From assembly GCF_964188315.1 (NCBI RefSeq), contig NC_135662.1, forward strand, positions 29,450,001 through 29,514,000: DNA of 64,000 nt, written 5' to 3'. This DNA comes from Podarcis muralis. Taxonomy: Eukaryota. The number at the start of each line of letters is the position of its first letter. Position 1 is the stretch's first letter. Below are positions 25,838 through 37,221 of this stretch, piece after piece. Below the pieces are notes generated by a model. That model did not search any database and had not been told where the DNA came from. It was given only the letters and a program-made list of their open reading frames with translations. Both the position numbers and the translations under genes were made by a program.

Positions 25838-26799
25838 TAAGCTTTCATGGGCTGCCGTCCATCAGAATCGAGGCTGGTCAACGTTACTCGCATTTTACGG
25901 ATTTTTAAGGTTTGACCCCACCCAACTCCCAAATTGTTGCATTAGGAAGGATCTGGATTCGGGATCAATCCAGCATGATGGTTTAATATTGCTTTATACG
26001 GAATACCTAATTTACGCGGTTCTTGCTTCGTTGAGGGGTACAATGAATCCAGCGTTATGTTAGAAAAAACTGAAAATAAACGTAAATATCCAGCAATATT
26101 AAGGATACCAAGACACGGGGAGCTAAGCATTTGTGCCATGACATCTTGCTTTAGTCATAAAGCTTACAATAGGCATGACTACCAAACAGCGTGCCTTGAT
26201 TAATCCTTCGCTTTACATGTATAGATTCAAAAGCCAAAGAGATCTCTAGGTAACTAATGTGTCATTTTAAATTGTAATGGCAAGGAAGATTCCTACTGAT
26301 CAGCGGTGGTCAGGAGAGCAGTTATGTCATGAACCCCACATGAGTCACCGCGTGTACCTGCAATGATTGACAGCACAGTGCAACGTATGCTTGCTCAGAA
26401 GTAAATCCCTCACATCTACTGGGGTTTAAGGTAGACTCTAAGTTATAGTTACTTAACTGGAAGCAACCCTCACTGACATAATTGGGCTCTTACTCTCTAG
26501 TAAACTGATTTTATGCCTAATAATGCAACTCTAGACATACCTACTCAGAGGTAATGCCCATTAAGTTTACTCCCGGGTAAGTGATATAGTAGTAATTTAT
26601 ACCGTCTAGGCGAGTGGGAAAGCTCTAGAATTTCTATTTATGACTTTTGTATGTCTCTGAATTTTTTTAAGGTCTCTGGAAGTTTTTAAGGACTTTAAAA
26701 CAAAATAAAAAGTAGAATATAAAACCATTTTTTAAAAGTGCGGTTGCAAATCTACCCACGTTTACCTGGGAGTAAGTCCCATGGAAACGGGCAAGACTT

Positions 26800-27240
26800 A
26801 AATAGGAGTAAGTGCGCTGTGCGCCCCCCCCCCCAAAGTACATCAGAAAGGGGGCAGACGTCACTTGACAGCGGGTAGGCGCTGCTCCTACACAGAGGCC
26901 GGCCCACCTATCCCTCAAGCTCCGCCCCTTAGATGACGCCCAATGTTATTTGGAATGCCGCGGCTCGGGAGGAGGAGCCCATTTTATCCTTTTAGAGCCG
27001 CCGGAACATGGTGGCGGGGCGCGCATGCGCCGTGCACCACCATGGCGGAACTGGAGATTGGACAGCACTGTGAAGTGGAGGACTGCGGGCAGCTTGGTAA
27101 GGAGCCCTTGAGCGGCAAGGGCAGACCATGGGACTCTCCGTGGCGGGGGAGGGGGAAGTGCATCTTCATGGCACCACTTCTGAGTCTCAGGTTTAAGCTC
27201 CGAGGGGCGAGTTGGCATTGGACGAAGAAGCAGCACCATG
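26800..27240 (+). promoter_or_regulatory. CpG island / housekeeping-type promoter of ZFAND1
   Basis: CRE-like GACGTCA (about 26857), GC box CTCCGCCCC (about 26920), ETS-like CCGGAA (27001) and NRF1-like GCGCATGCGC (27021-27030), all upstream of the ATG at 27042. Confidence 0.75.
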
Positions 27241-30200
27241 GAGATTCGAGGGTAGAGCGGCTTCCTGCTCCTGCCCTTCCGGAAGTGTAGCCTAATGTAC
27301 TGTTCTGCCGCTTTTTGCTTCTATGGGTGTGGAAGGCAAAGGGGAGGAGATAGTGGACAGTAACCAAATTAAGGGGCGTGGCTATTTCCAGAAGTGGGCG
27401 TGGACTGTTGCTTGGTAGCCAGTGGAGTTTAGCTAGCACTCTGGTTATCACTAAAGGCAAAAAGGTGTTTATCCTGTGGCAGATTTGCTTAGATAGAAAA
27501 GGACATGCGCTAGAGCTCACGTCTGCCAGGCCAAGTGTGCGTGCGTATATGTGTAGGAGAGTAGTTATCTTTTATTAAAGTTTTATTTTGTGGTCTTATC
27601 ACAAAACGTAGCTTGCACTCAATATAAAACCCTTTAATCAAGAACGGCCAGTCCTAGTGCTTTATTAAAGGAAGTTGGAGACTTACAGCAAATCAGTCCG
27701 CCAGTTCTTCTGGCCTTTGCAGATGCAGGACAGACTTCGCAGCAAGGAGATGGCTAGTCCGCGCCCAAGCAAAAGTGTCTACATTCTTTATACACAAAGC
27801 AGCATGTGTCATTTCACTTGACCCAAACCTTACAGATGGCTCCCCTTTCTGGCTCAGAGCCCATCACTCCAAGCCCACAGATAAGGATAACAGCAAAGCC
27901 AGCCAATTAGCTTATATCAAAGCAAGTGAATGTAAACATATATGAGCTCATTGCTACGACAACTACCAGTTAACTGTGGGGTTATCGTGACTACCAAGAT
28001 GGCGTTGGCAAAGCTTCCAGAACACTTCAGCTTTGGTTCAGCACAGGTGTTGATTAACATTGGAGATTATCTGTCTTATTTTTGTCACTGGTAATTGCAC
28101 CTGTAAAATGTATATAGATACGAACTCATTTAAATCACTTCTACAGTGCTTTACATTTCCAAAAACAGCTCTCTACAACCTCTCTTAAAAGATCAAATGA
28201 AATGTTACAAAATACCCACACACAAAAATTACAAATGAAAGTGAGATACAATAAAGATTCGCGTTTAAAACAACACGAGTAACCTAAACAGAAAAGTAAA
28301 AATATCAAAAATTCATTTGAGTGTTATCTTTTTCATTTTAGATTTTCTCCCTTTTGTCTGTGATGGCTGCTCAGGAGTCTTCTGGTAAGAAAGAATTTAT
28401 GCTACAATCCTGACTCCCCAGATATACCACATCCTAATCTCTCCCTGCAGGAATATCCTTCCCTGCACTTTAAACTGACATAGATGACTTGACCCAGGCA
28501 TATTTATTTATGGGTGCTGAGGGATAGCCCTGCTGGCTTAAGTCAAACCAGCAAGAGCAATGTCAGAGTAAATGCCCCAAAGGGCATGTCAAGGGTGAGA
28601 ATGGGAGTGGTGAAGTGAAGTGAGAAGGATAGACAAAGTTGCACTGCATCCTGACTCACTTTGTTCACTGGTCCTACCCACAAAGCTCAGTATAACATAT
28701 CAAAAAATGCAGGTGTAACTAAATTCACCCCATGGGAGACAATGGAAGGTCAGAAAATGAAAGCTTACACTGTCACCCACAATCTGGTCTTGATCCACTG
28801 GCCAGGAGCAGTTAGGATGCAGGAGATGCACTGGCTTAACTGCCTTCTGGAATATCTGTCTGTATAGGATTGCTCTGCTCTTCTTATTTGTACAGCACCA
28901 TCAGTTTTTGTGGCACTTAAAAGAAACAGAAGAACAAGAATATATATGAAATATTCCCCACCCCGAGGAGGTTAGAATCTGTAGTTGAACCAGGGATGGA
29001 GAACCTGTCACCCTTGAGATGCTGTTGGATTCTCAGCTCCCATCAGCCCAGCCAACATGACATCTGGTCAGGGCTGGTGGAAGTTATAATCTAGTTACAT
29101 CTGGAAGGCTACAAGTTCCACATCCCTGATTAAGTCATTTGGATGGATGGGCTGGGAAACAACATAGCTAACAAATAAACAGAGAGAAGAGAGGAATGAG
29201 CAAAAATATGCATGTTTATTATGTATTTTTAAAGCTTTGTTCAATTGAAGCTGTAGCATTCTTGATTAGTTTTGCTGAGATAACTTTTCAGAAAAAATGT
29301 GCCAAGTCTTTTTTTGTTCTCCTGTTAATTCACACACTAATGATGTGTTGGTCTTTATTTTTTGTAATTTTAAGTCTTCAGCACAGAAGTCGGGCTGCTC
29401 ATGGTTGTTCTGAGGTAAGTTGATAATTTTTAATCATCTGTAGCATTCAACACCTCTGGAATATTTTAGTTAACAGTGAAGTTCCCTTAAGCTCATTCTG
29501 AATAATTTTGCAAGCAATGCTTTGTAAGTTTTTGTTCAGCAATTCACATGATCTTTTTGCCAAATTATGTTTTAATTGTATGCTTGTAAATCACCTTGAG
29601 ACTTAGGTGAATGGCTTGGCTTAGCACGTCATCCAAACCAGAGTTCATGGTTTAGCTCTCCCAGACAAGCCACAAGCCATAATGCACAAGACAAACCTTG
29701 GTTACAGCTTGTGGTTCATCTGAAAACAGCTTAACCACAAGCCTGGGTTCAGATGGCATGCTAAGGCAAGACATGGCTTAGGTAAGTGCAGGGCAGCACC
29801 AAAATAACTGTGTTGGAACAAAGCAGCTGTGATCTCTTCCAGAGTCTGCAAGCTCTCATGTTCATCCTGACCCATAATATGTCTTAGCATGTCATGCAAA
29901 CCAGACCATTCTCTGCCTTTCCCCCCTAGGTTGCTTAGAGAGTATTTATTATTTACCTTAAGTTGTGAATTGGTTGCTTTTAGTTGCTGTTATTCTTTTA
30001 TGGTGTCCTTTTTCCTGCTTATAATTTACTGATAAATCATAGGCATTTAGTAAGCATGAGCACTTGTATTTTAGGTTAATGGCTTCTTTTAGTTCATTAG
30101 GAGTAACTTCCTGGACATATTTTATTTTACTCAGTCTCTTTCCACCTGGCATTTGGCAAAAGTGGTATTGTATTAAGAACATAATAATATCCTCTCTATT

Positions 30201-33200
30201 AAGAGAGAGCTACTAAATAGCTGTGATGCATGATGGAGAAAATGCCCAGTTATGTTTCAATAGAATTCAGGATGTGTATTTGTAAGTAACATGAATTTCC
30301 TTTGAAATTGTCTTAGGCAAATCTAAAAAGTGGGGCGGTGAAACCAGATCACCAAAAATCTTTCTTGTGCACATATAAAGGTTGTGATGGAAAAGAACTT
30401 GTACCTGTGTTGTGCCCTTCCTGTGAAAAGCATTTTTGCTTTCGGTGAGCAAATTAATTAATCTAAGCAACCTCACTCCTCGTTTTTCATTAGCTTGTAG
30501 ACTAACTACTGAGAGTTTCTTCATCTATTATTTTCAGTCACCGCCATGAACTGGACCACGAATGTGAAAAATTGGAAATCCCTAAACCTCGCATGGCTGT
30601 TACCCAGCAGCTTGTTAAAGATATTGTAGGTAGGTACAGTAAGACTTGCTAAAAATACAGTTTTCTGCTGCAGAATGTATGTGACTGTATGTAGACTTCT
30701 CCTTTCCTGTTGTGGGGACATATTGAAGAAACAGGGTAGCATTGGAGCCAGTAGATAAAGCACCCCTGGAATGCCCCATTTTACCTTTATTGCTATTGGA
30801 GCACTGACAGCACAGCTTTCTACACCCACGGTGGTAAGACTTCTTAGGGCAGGCTTCCTTTGCTCACGGACCTCCCTCTCCATGGCCGAGGTCCCTAGGA
30901 TGTCTTTTCAGGGGCCATAGGATTGTGCCCTTAATAAGGTTTCTGATACAGAAAGAGAATAAGAGAGGCTATGTTTTTCATATTTCATATTGTGTCCTGA
31001 AAGTAAGGCTGGGTCCTGCAACTTCCATCTCCTTGCTACAATTCCTAAAAGTAATTGACTTGTCCTATTTTTCTGTGTTCTTGAGCTACGTCTGGGTCTA
31101 CATCCTATGAGAGTTAAGTGGAAATCCTATGCAGGAATAAGTCGTTCTGTGCTAGCAAGATATAATGAAGGATTGGAACCACTTTCATTCCCACAAGTTC
31201 TCAACTGTAATTGAGCAGTAATTTTTTTATTGCCTGAAACCATCCCTGAGACAGGCCTGTGGGATCAAGTTGGTTCCTTCATATCTGAGCTCCCCTGAAC
31301 ATCTTCAGTTCTGTATATTGGTGTGGCCCATTCTCAGTGACACATGTTGATTACTGGCAAGCATATAGTACTCAGAGGTCGGAGAAAAGGTTCCATCCTA
31401 TGTACACAAGCAAGAGAAGGCTGCACATTGTTCCAGTGCACCCGTTCTGAAGAAGCTTTAACATTCATGCTGGTGCATATTTCATTTTTAGCAAAATGAG
31501 AGGGAAGGTGATAGCTACTAAAATGAGTCCATGCATAAATCTCAGATTCTAAGAAAGAAGCCACAGTGAGTAAAAGAGGCAGAGGAGCAAAGAACAGCGA
31601 AACAGCAGCAAAGGTGGCCCTAATGAAACTGAAAATGCACGCATCTGGGGATAAGTCCTTGGTGCAGGTAAGTCACGTTCATTTGTCTCCAAACACCATA
31701 CCTGTTTGTAGTTACTCCCATATTTAGTGAAGCAAAAGTGATCTCTGTACTTCTGCTATTGTGTTTGTTCAGGGTTTTCTAAAGTGGGGGCAGGGGGTAC
31801 CACCTTCCCTCGATAGAATGCAAGTGTAGGAGAGTGTTGTCTACTACACTGTCCTTGTAGAGCAATATAAATGACTGCAGGACCTGAAGGAAAGAGCAAT
31901 GAAGCCCCATTAGTAAAATCATCTTCCCACAGGGACTGTACATGCAGCAGCTTTGTATATTAAACTCTGTACAAATGTAAAATATGGTATAGGATAGAAA
32001 CACCTGGAATTGTGGGGAGAGCGAGGTAAGTGGATTCTAGATTGCTGCTGGATAGTTTTAGTGAATTTGTATCCTTGTCAACTGAGGTCCTCAAAACTCT
32101 CAATAACATTCAACTAATATTTGTATTTTATTTTTATTTATTAAATTTGCAAACCGCCCCACCCCTATACCTTTTTTTTTTTAGTTTCAATCTTTATCGA
32201 AAGTTCAAAAGGTACATAACCATACATGTGCCAACATGGTGAGACGCAAAGAGAGAGAAACAGAACCCATGCAGAAGGGAAAACAAAAAAGGGGGGGGGG
32301 ACCCAAAACTGTATATTTTACAAGTTTGTTATTGTACTTCACCAGATCTTAACCTATTACAGTATTTGTAAGAATGGATTACGAATATCATTGAATTTAT
32401 CCATGGCAAGTGTGTTTATATGCAAGTTGTTCATATGTTGCAAGTTTGTGTAAGTCTTTGATCCAATCGTAGTTTATTTTTCCAATTCATTAGTATCAGT
32501 CTTTTTGCTATGGTAAGGGCACGAAGAGTACATTTGTATTGTCCTTTTCTGAGGTTCCATGTGCTGGGTTCAAGAGGATATTTTCCTCTGTAAATGTAAG
32601 GTTGTTCCGTACAGTTCTGTTGATGGTTAGTTACATTCTGCCCAAGTGTCTTTCTATATCGGACAATGGAAAAACAAATGTCTTAGAGAAGCATTATCCC
32701 TATCAACCCGCCCCTATACCTGTAGATCTCAGGGTGGTTCGCAACATAAAATCACAATATAAAAAACAGAAAATACATAATAAAAACAAAAACATCCCAA
32801 TAACCCCCCCTTTCTACAACACATTTTTAAAGCTAATAAAAATGAAATGAAACCATCCCAGCTAGAGCAAGAGTAGGGACCTGATGTTTTCTTTGCCTGC
32901 CTGCCTCATGAACAGCTGGTGGTAGTGGCATTGAGGAGGGGACATTCTTTGTATGTTGTTTTTTACAATTGGAGAATATGTTGTTGTTGTTTTACCTTTT
33001 TTCTCTGGTTTACCTGACCCTGATTCTTTGTAAAGTTCCTTTCTGAGGAATATGTTCCTTTCTAAAGCCACATCAATGCCATTTTCTATTGCAGACAGAG
33101 AGAATCTACTTCCAAGTGTTTTTACCTAAAGAGAGTAAGGAGAAAAGCAAACCCATGTTCTTTAGTAGTAACTGGAGCATTGGTAAAGTGATAGATTTTG

Positions 33201-33533
33201 CCGCTTCCTTAGCAAACCTTAAGAATGATAACAACAAAACCACAGCTAAGGTAAATCAACTACAGCAACCATTTTTTATTGTTCAAATATTTTTAATTTC
33301 TTTAGAGAGCTGTGAAATAACAACAGGGTATCTCTCCCCCCCCCCCTTCTGTGGATTTTCAGAAATTACGACTCTGTCACCCGGCATCTGGAGAAGCTTT
33401 GCCTTTGGACCAGACACTGGCCTCTTGGATAAGCAACAGAGAATCCCCACTAAATAATGGTGGAAATGTGATCTTGGAATATCTTGATAATGAAGTCCAG
33501 TTTCTAGAAAATGCAACTTCATATATAGAGTAG
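27042..33533 (+). CDS. ZFAND1: AN1-type zinc finger protein 1, 268 aa
   Basis: Exons 27042-27096, 28342-28384, 29375-29414, 30317-30444, 30538-30629, 31546-31667, 33095-33250 and 33363-33533 (807 nt, all GT-AG). Two AN1 fingers (CEVEDC..CDGCSGVFCLQHRSRAAHGC; CTYKGC..CPSCEKHFCFRHRHELDHEC), the AAKVALMKLKMHA helix and a C-terminal ubiquitin-like region. Confidence 0.97.
27552..27938 (-). mobile_element. Probable solo LTR in ZFAND1 intron 1, antisense to the gene
   Basis: TGT...ACA termini with a 6-bp direct repeat TATATG (27546-27551 and 27939-27944). On the minus strand a TATA-like gtgtataaag (about 27800) precedes AATAAA (27661-27666), the order expected in an LTR. Confidence 0.55.
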
Positions 33534-33952
33534 TCGTGAAAAACATGCTGCATGTGATTGTCAGGCCTAACAAAAGACAGAGTCTGTTTATAGTTTCATC
33601 ATGTGTTATTTTGTATCACCTACATGAAGAAATTTATTAAATTCTGATTTATGTACATTTCAAAGTAGTCCAAGGAATTACTCATAAATGCACGCTCCTC
33701 AGTTGATGCCTTTTTGAACTAGAGCTTGTGCAAGACAATCAAATTATAATACTGAAATGATCGTTGATTGTCAAAGGAATCCTTTAATTACAGCTGTTAT
33801 GTCACTGGCAGCACGTTCGGATCTCGAGATTCTCGCTAAAAGCAAAGAAAATGTCATAAGAGTCAAGTTTTTGCACCGGCGCCACAAACAGCTACACCCA
33901 CACCCACACCCACTTGCCTTTGGCTGTACTCCAGATGCAGCTGATGTTTGTC

Positions 33953-34215
33953 CATAGCTGTCAACCTTCCCTTTTTTGTGGGAAATTCCCTTATTCCAGT
34001 GCTGCTTCCCGCTGCTATCCCGGATTGTTAGATATCCCGTAGACTGTCCCTGGGTCAGGTGAGGCTGCTGATCCCTTACTTTCGAGGCTGCTGTTCCCTT
34101 ATTTTCAAATCTGATCCCTTACTTTCGAGGCTGCTGATCCCTTATTTTCAAATCTGATCCCTTATTTTCGAGGCTGCTGACCCCTTATTTTCAAATCTGA
34201 AAGTTGACAGCTATG
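33953..34215. mobile_element. hAT MITE with internal tandem repeats
   Basis: Inverted ends CATAGCTGTCAAC / GTTGACAGCTATG, perfect 8-bp TSD TGTTTGTC (33945-33952 and 34216-34223), and alternating ctgatcccttactttcgagg / tcccttattttcaaat units at about 34065-34200. Confidence 0.88.
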
Positions 34216-35073
34216 TGTTTGTCCCGCTCTCCCTCCCAGCTGGCGTCTAAAGACGTACTCTATAAGCTCCTGCCCCCAAGAAACATCAGAACGCGCAAAG
34301 GCCAATAGGATGCCTCGGCTTGTGTGGCGCTAGCCAGCTTGTTATTAACTCCGGCACAAGCACCGTGATGGGACTAAAGGGCTGGCTTGCTTCCTTGCTC
34401 CGTGATTCTCATTCCCTGTGCCCCCCCCCCGTGCGTTAACTCCTTCCCTTCCTTCCTTGCTCCGTGATTCTCCTTCCCTGCTTCTCTCTCCCCCCCCGCC
34501 TCCCTCAGGCAGCATCCCATTCCACCCCGCTGCCAGCTCTGAGTGCAGCGGAGGCGGCAGGGCAGCATCTCCCTCACGTCCCCCCAGGAGCGCAGCGATC
34601 GACCATAATCAGTCTCAGGTTCCCCTAGTCATCGCGATCGACGTATATATGTAGCTCTGGGGTAACACAACAAAGCGGTTGCTGAAGTCAGCTGCAAACG
34701 TGCCATCAGTAATAACTTTAAAAGATAGAATAAAACTGAACCAGCTAAGCATCACATAGCCTGTTAGAGCTTGGTGTGCCAATATCTGCCTGCCTTCCCA
34801 TTAAAGAGAATAATAAATACCAGAAACCTCACAAAAAGAACCCACCCCGCCCCAAACATGTCAGCAAAGCCTTGCAAGACAAAAGGGAATTAAAGCGGGA
34901 AGGTCCCTTTGCAGGGAACCCGCCCGTCGCAAGTCGCTGTCTCCGTGTGTGTGTCCGTCCCCTCCCCGTTGGTCCTCCAAATGCCGCCGAACCTCAACTC
35001 CCATAAGCCTTAGCGAGCCCGGAGCATGTTGGGAGTTGTAGTCCAGCATCATCTGAACCCGGGCTACCTCCAA

Positions 35074-35211
35074 CAGCTGTTCTCAACCTGCGGGTCCCCA
35101 GATAATGTTGGACTACAACTCCCATCATCCCTGAGCTCTTGCCTTGCTAGCTAGGGGTGATGGGAGTTGTAGTTCAACAACATCTGGGAACCCACAGGTT
35201 GAGAAAGGCTG
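35074..35211. mobile_element. Palindromic hAT-type MITE
   Basis: cagctgttctcaacctg...caggttgagaaaggctg ends and an internal actacaactcccatca / tgatgggagttgtagt palindrome. No clean TSD. Confidence 0.7.
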
Positions 35212-35299
35212 CTCCAGAACAACCATAGTGTCTTTCTACCACTCTCATCTATTTCTAGTTATTATAAAAACCCAAAAAACCGTCGTCGGACTAGAATGC

Positions 35300-35783
35300 A
35301 CTCTGCATATGCTCAGGGGCATTTGCCAACCCTAACTGCGTATCTATCAAGGTCCTGAAGGGAAAGGTCGCCATTGCTTGAGAAGCAGCCTCCCTTTTTC
35401 ATAAGTGCGAGTCGGGCAAGCAGCCAACCTTCTGAGTCCCCAAGGGGTCTGCCGCCTGAGCCAGGAGGCTTGCTTGCTTGCCTGCCCGCCCGCCCATTGG
35501 GAAGGGAGAGCCACCCGCCCCTGCGCCTCTCCAGAGGCATCCCAGTGTTGCCAGGACGACGGTGGGATGCCGGCGAGTCCCTTCCTTCCGCTTTTAGCCG
35601 CGCCCCTTGGAAGAAAAAAATAAATACCGGTGGCTGCCTAAGAAAGAAAGAGGCGAGGAAGGAAGCACATAACGGAGAGAGGTGCAAAGGTCATCATTTT
35701 CCTCCCACGGAGGTTTTCGCCCGCCGGCTTTGTAGATTTCCGTTTGAGGAGTTTGATCTGAGCAGTGTTTCGATTTGCTGACG
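35300..35783 (+). promoter_or_regulatory. CpG-rich promoter and probable non-coding exon 1 of IMPA1
   Basis: CpG-rich block ending in a strong donor ACG|GTAAGC at 35783/35784. The first coding exon has an acceptor (cctag, 37215) only 6 nt before the ATG, so an upstream UTR exon is required. The start site cannot be fixed from sequence. Confidence 0.65.
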
Positions 35784-37221
35784 GTAAGCCCGGGGCCTGG
35801 TGGGGCTTCTCTTTAATGCATTTCCATGAGTTCCGGGCAGCCATGGTTTCCTTTTACTGCCCAGTTATTTCTGCTGCCTTCCGCCCCCACTTCGTGATGA
35901 GAATCAAGCACTCATGGGGTCGCCACCCCACCCACCCACAACTAAATATATAGCGGGGCTGGGCTGTGGCTAAGATTAAGCCCAAGGATGAGTAACAACT
36001 GAAAAATCGGGTTGTTTGTTTGTTTGGGGGCAGCTAAATACAACTCCTCTCCTTCCTTGTCAGGCATTCCTGTTAAAGCATGCAAAACTCAGAGGAATCC
36101 ATGTTTTGTGAAATTTAGACCCCCCAACAATATGCAGCTTCTTTATATAGTACTGAAATAACAGATAAATGAAAAGTGTAGCTTTCCAAATGCTATTGGA
36201 TTAACTTCCCCATCACCCCGGGCTATTGGCCACATTTGACTGGAGCTGATGAGAGAGGTGTTATGTGGGAACACTGAGGTTTTATTTTTATTGCTATAAT
36301 GATTTAATGCAGGGTTGATGTGAAATGTGTTGCTTATTATGTTAGAACTGTGTTGCTTATTACATTATAAATTATTATGCATTGGGTACCCTTGATGGTC
36401 ACGGCTGTCTTCCACACAATGCTCAGTATTGCTATGGGAATGCTTAGTTGAATGAAGAAAGTCGCATTTCCCTAGAAGCAAAACTCCGGTTTTAAGTGCT
36501 AGGAAAGTGCAACATCTACACAACACATTTGCTGGATCTTTCACAACAGCTAAACGTTAACAGCAACCTTGTAGCATATTAGGAACAGTTTGTCTGGAAG
36601 ACTGAAAGATTTGGAAAACATTGCAGAGATGCTATTGCTGGTCATCATGAGTAACAACTTTTCATACATTTTGGTCTCTGTTGGTTTATTAACTTTTATA
36701 TGTGCAGAAACATGCTAAGGGAGCCTACAGTGTGAAATTGCTAATAAGCTATAAGTGATCTTCTCACTGCAAGTTTTCCCATGTTTCACTTATACACATC
36801 ACTCTCTATCAGCTTTTATAATCTCTGCAATTGTGTGAACACAATACTTCTACTGCAAGTCACTGCCAGTTCTAGTCATCGGTGGCAAGGGCATGTCTCT
36901 TGCTACATTTATGCAGGAGCACAAATTTGTTCAGCATCTGCCTGACATTATGCAGGTTGGCAACATACAGGAAATTGTGTAGTTGCTGGGTAGCCCATAT
37001 TACAAAATAATGCATTGCTCTGGTCTGAAGAGAAGTTTATTTCCCAGTATTGTGCAATGTTGCAGCTTTGATATCAGCATTTTGAAACAAAATAATAGTA
37101 TTGTTTATGTTGAAATAGTTTGAACCTGCAGATTTAGCATTTTAACACATCTTCAGTGTTGTGCTGTTTGCTCTTTTGATTTGTATAATTTGGTGGTGTA
37201 TGTTCTGTTTCCTAGAGAAAG

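Noticed and set aside
34065-34200. Regularly spaced repeats here and at 61310-61395 that superficially resemble CRISPR arrays
   Set aside because: There are no unique spacers, both lie inside hAT elements with TIRs and TSDs, and the context is eukaryotic.
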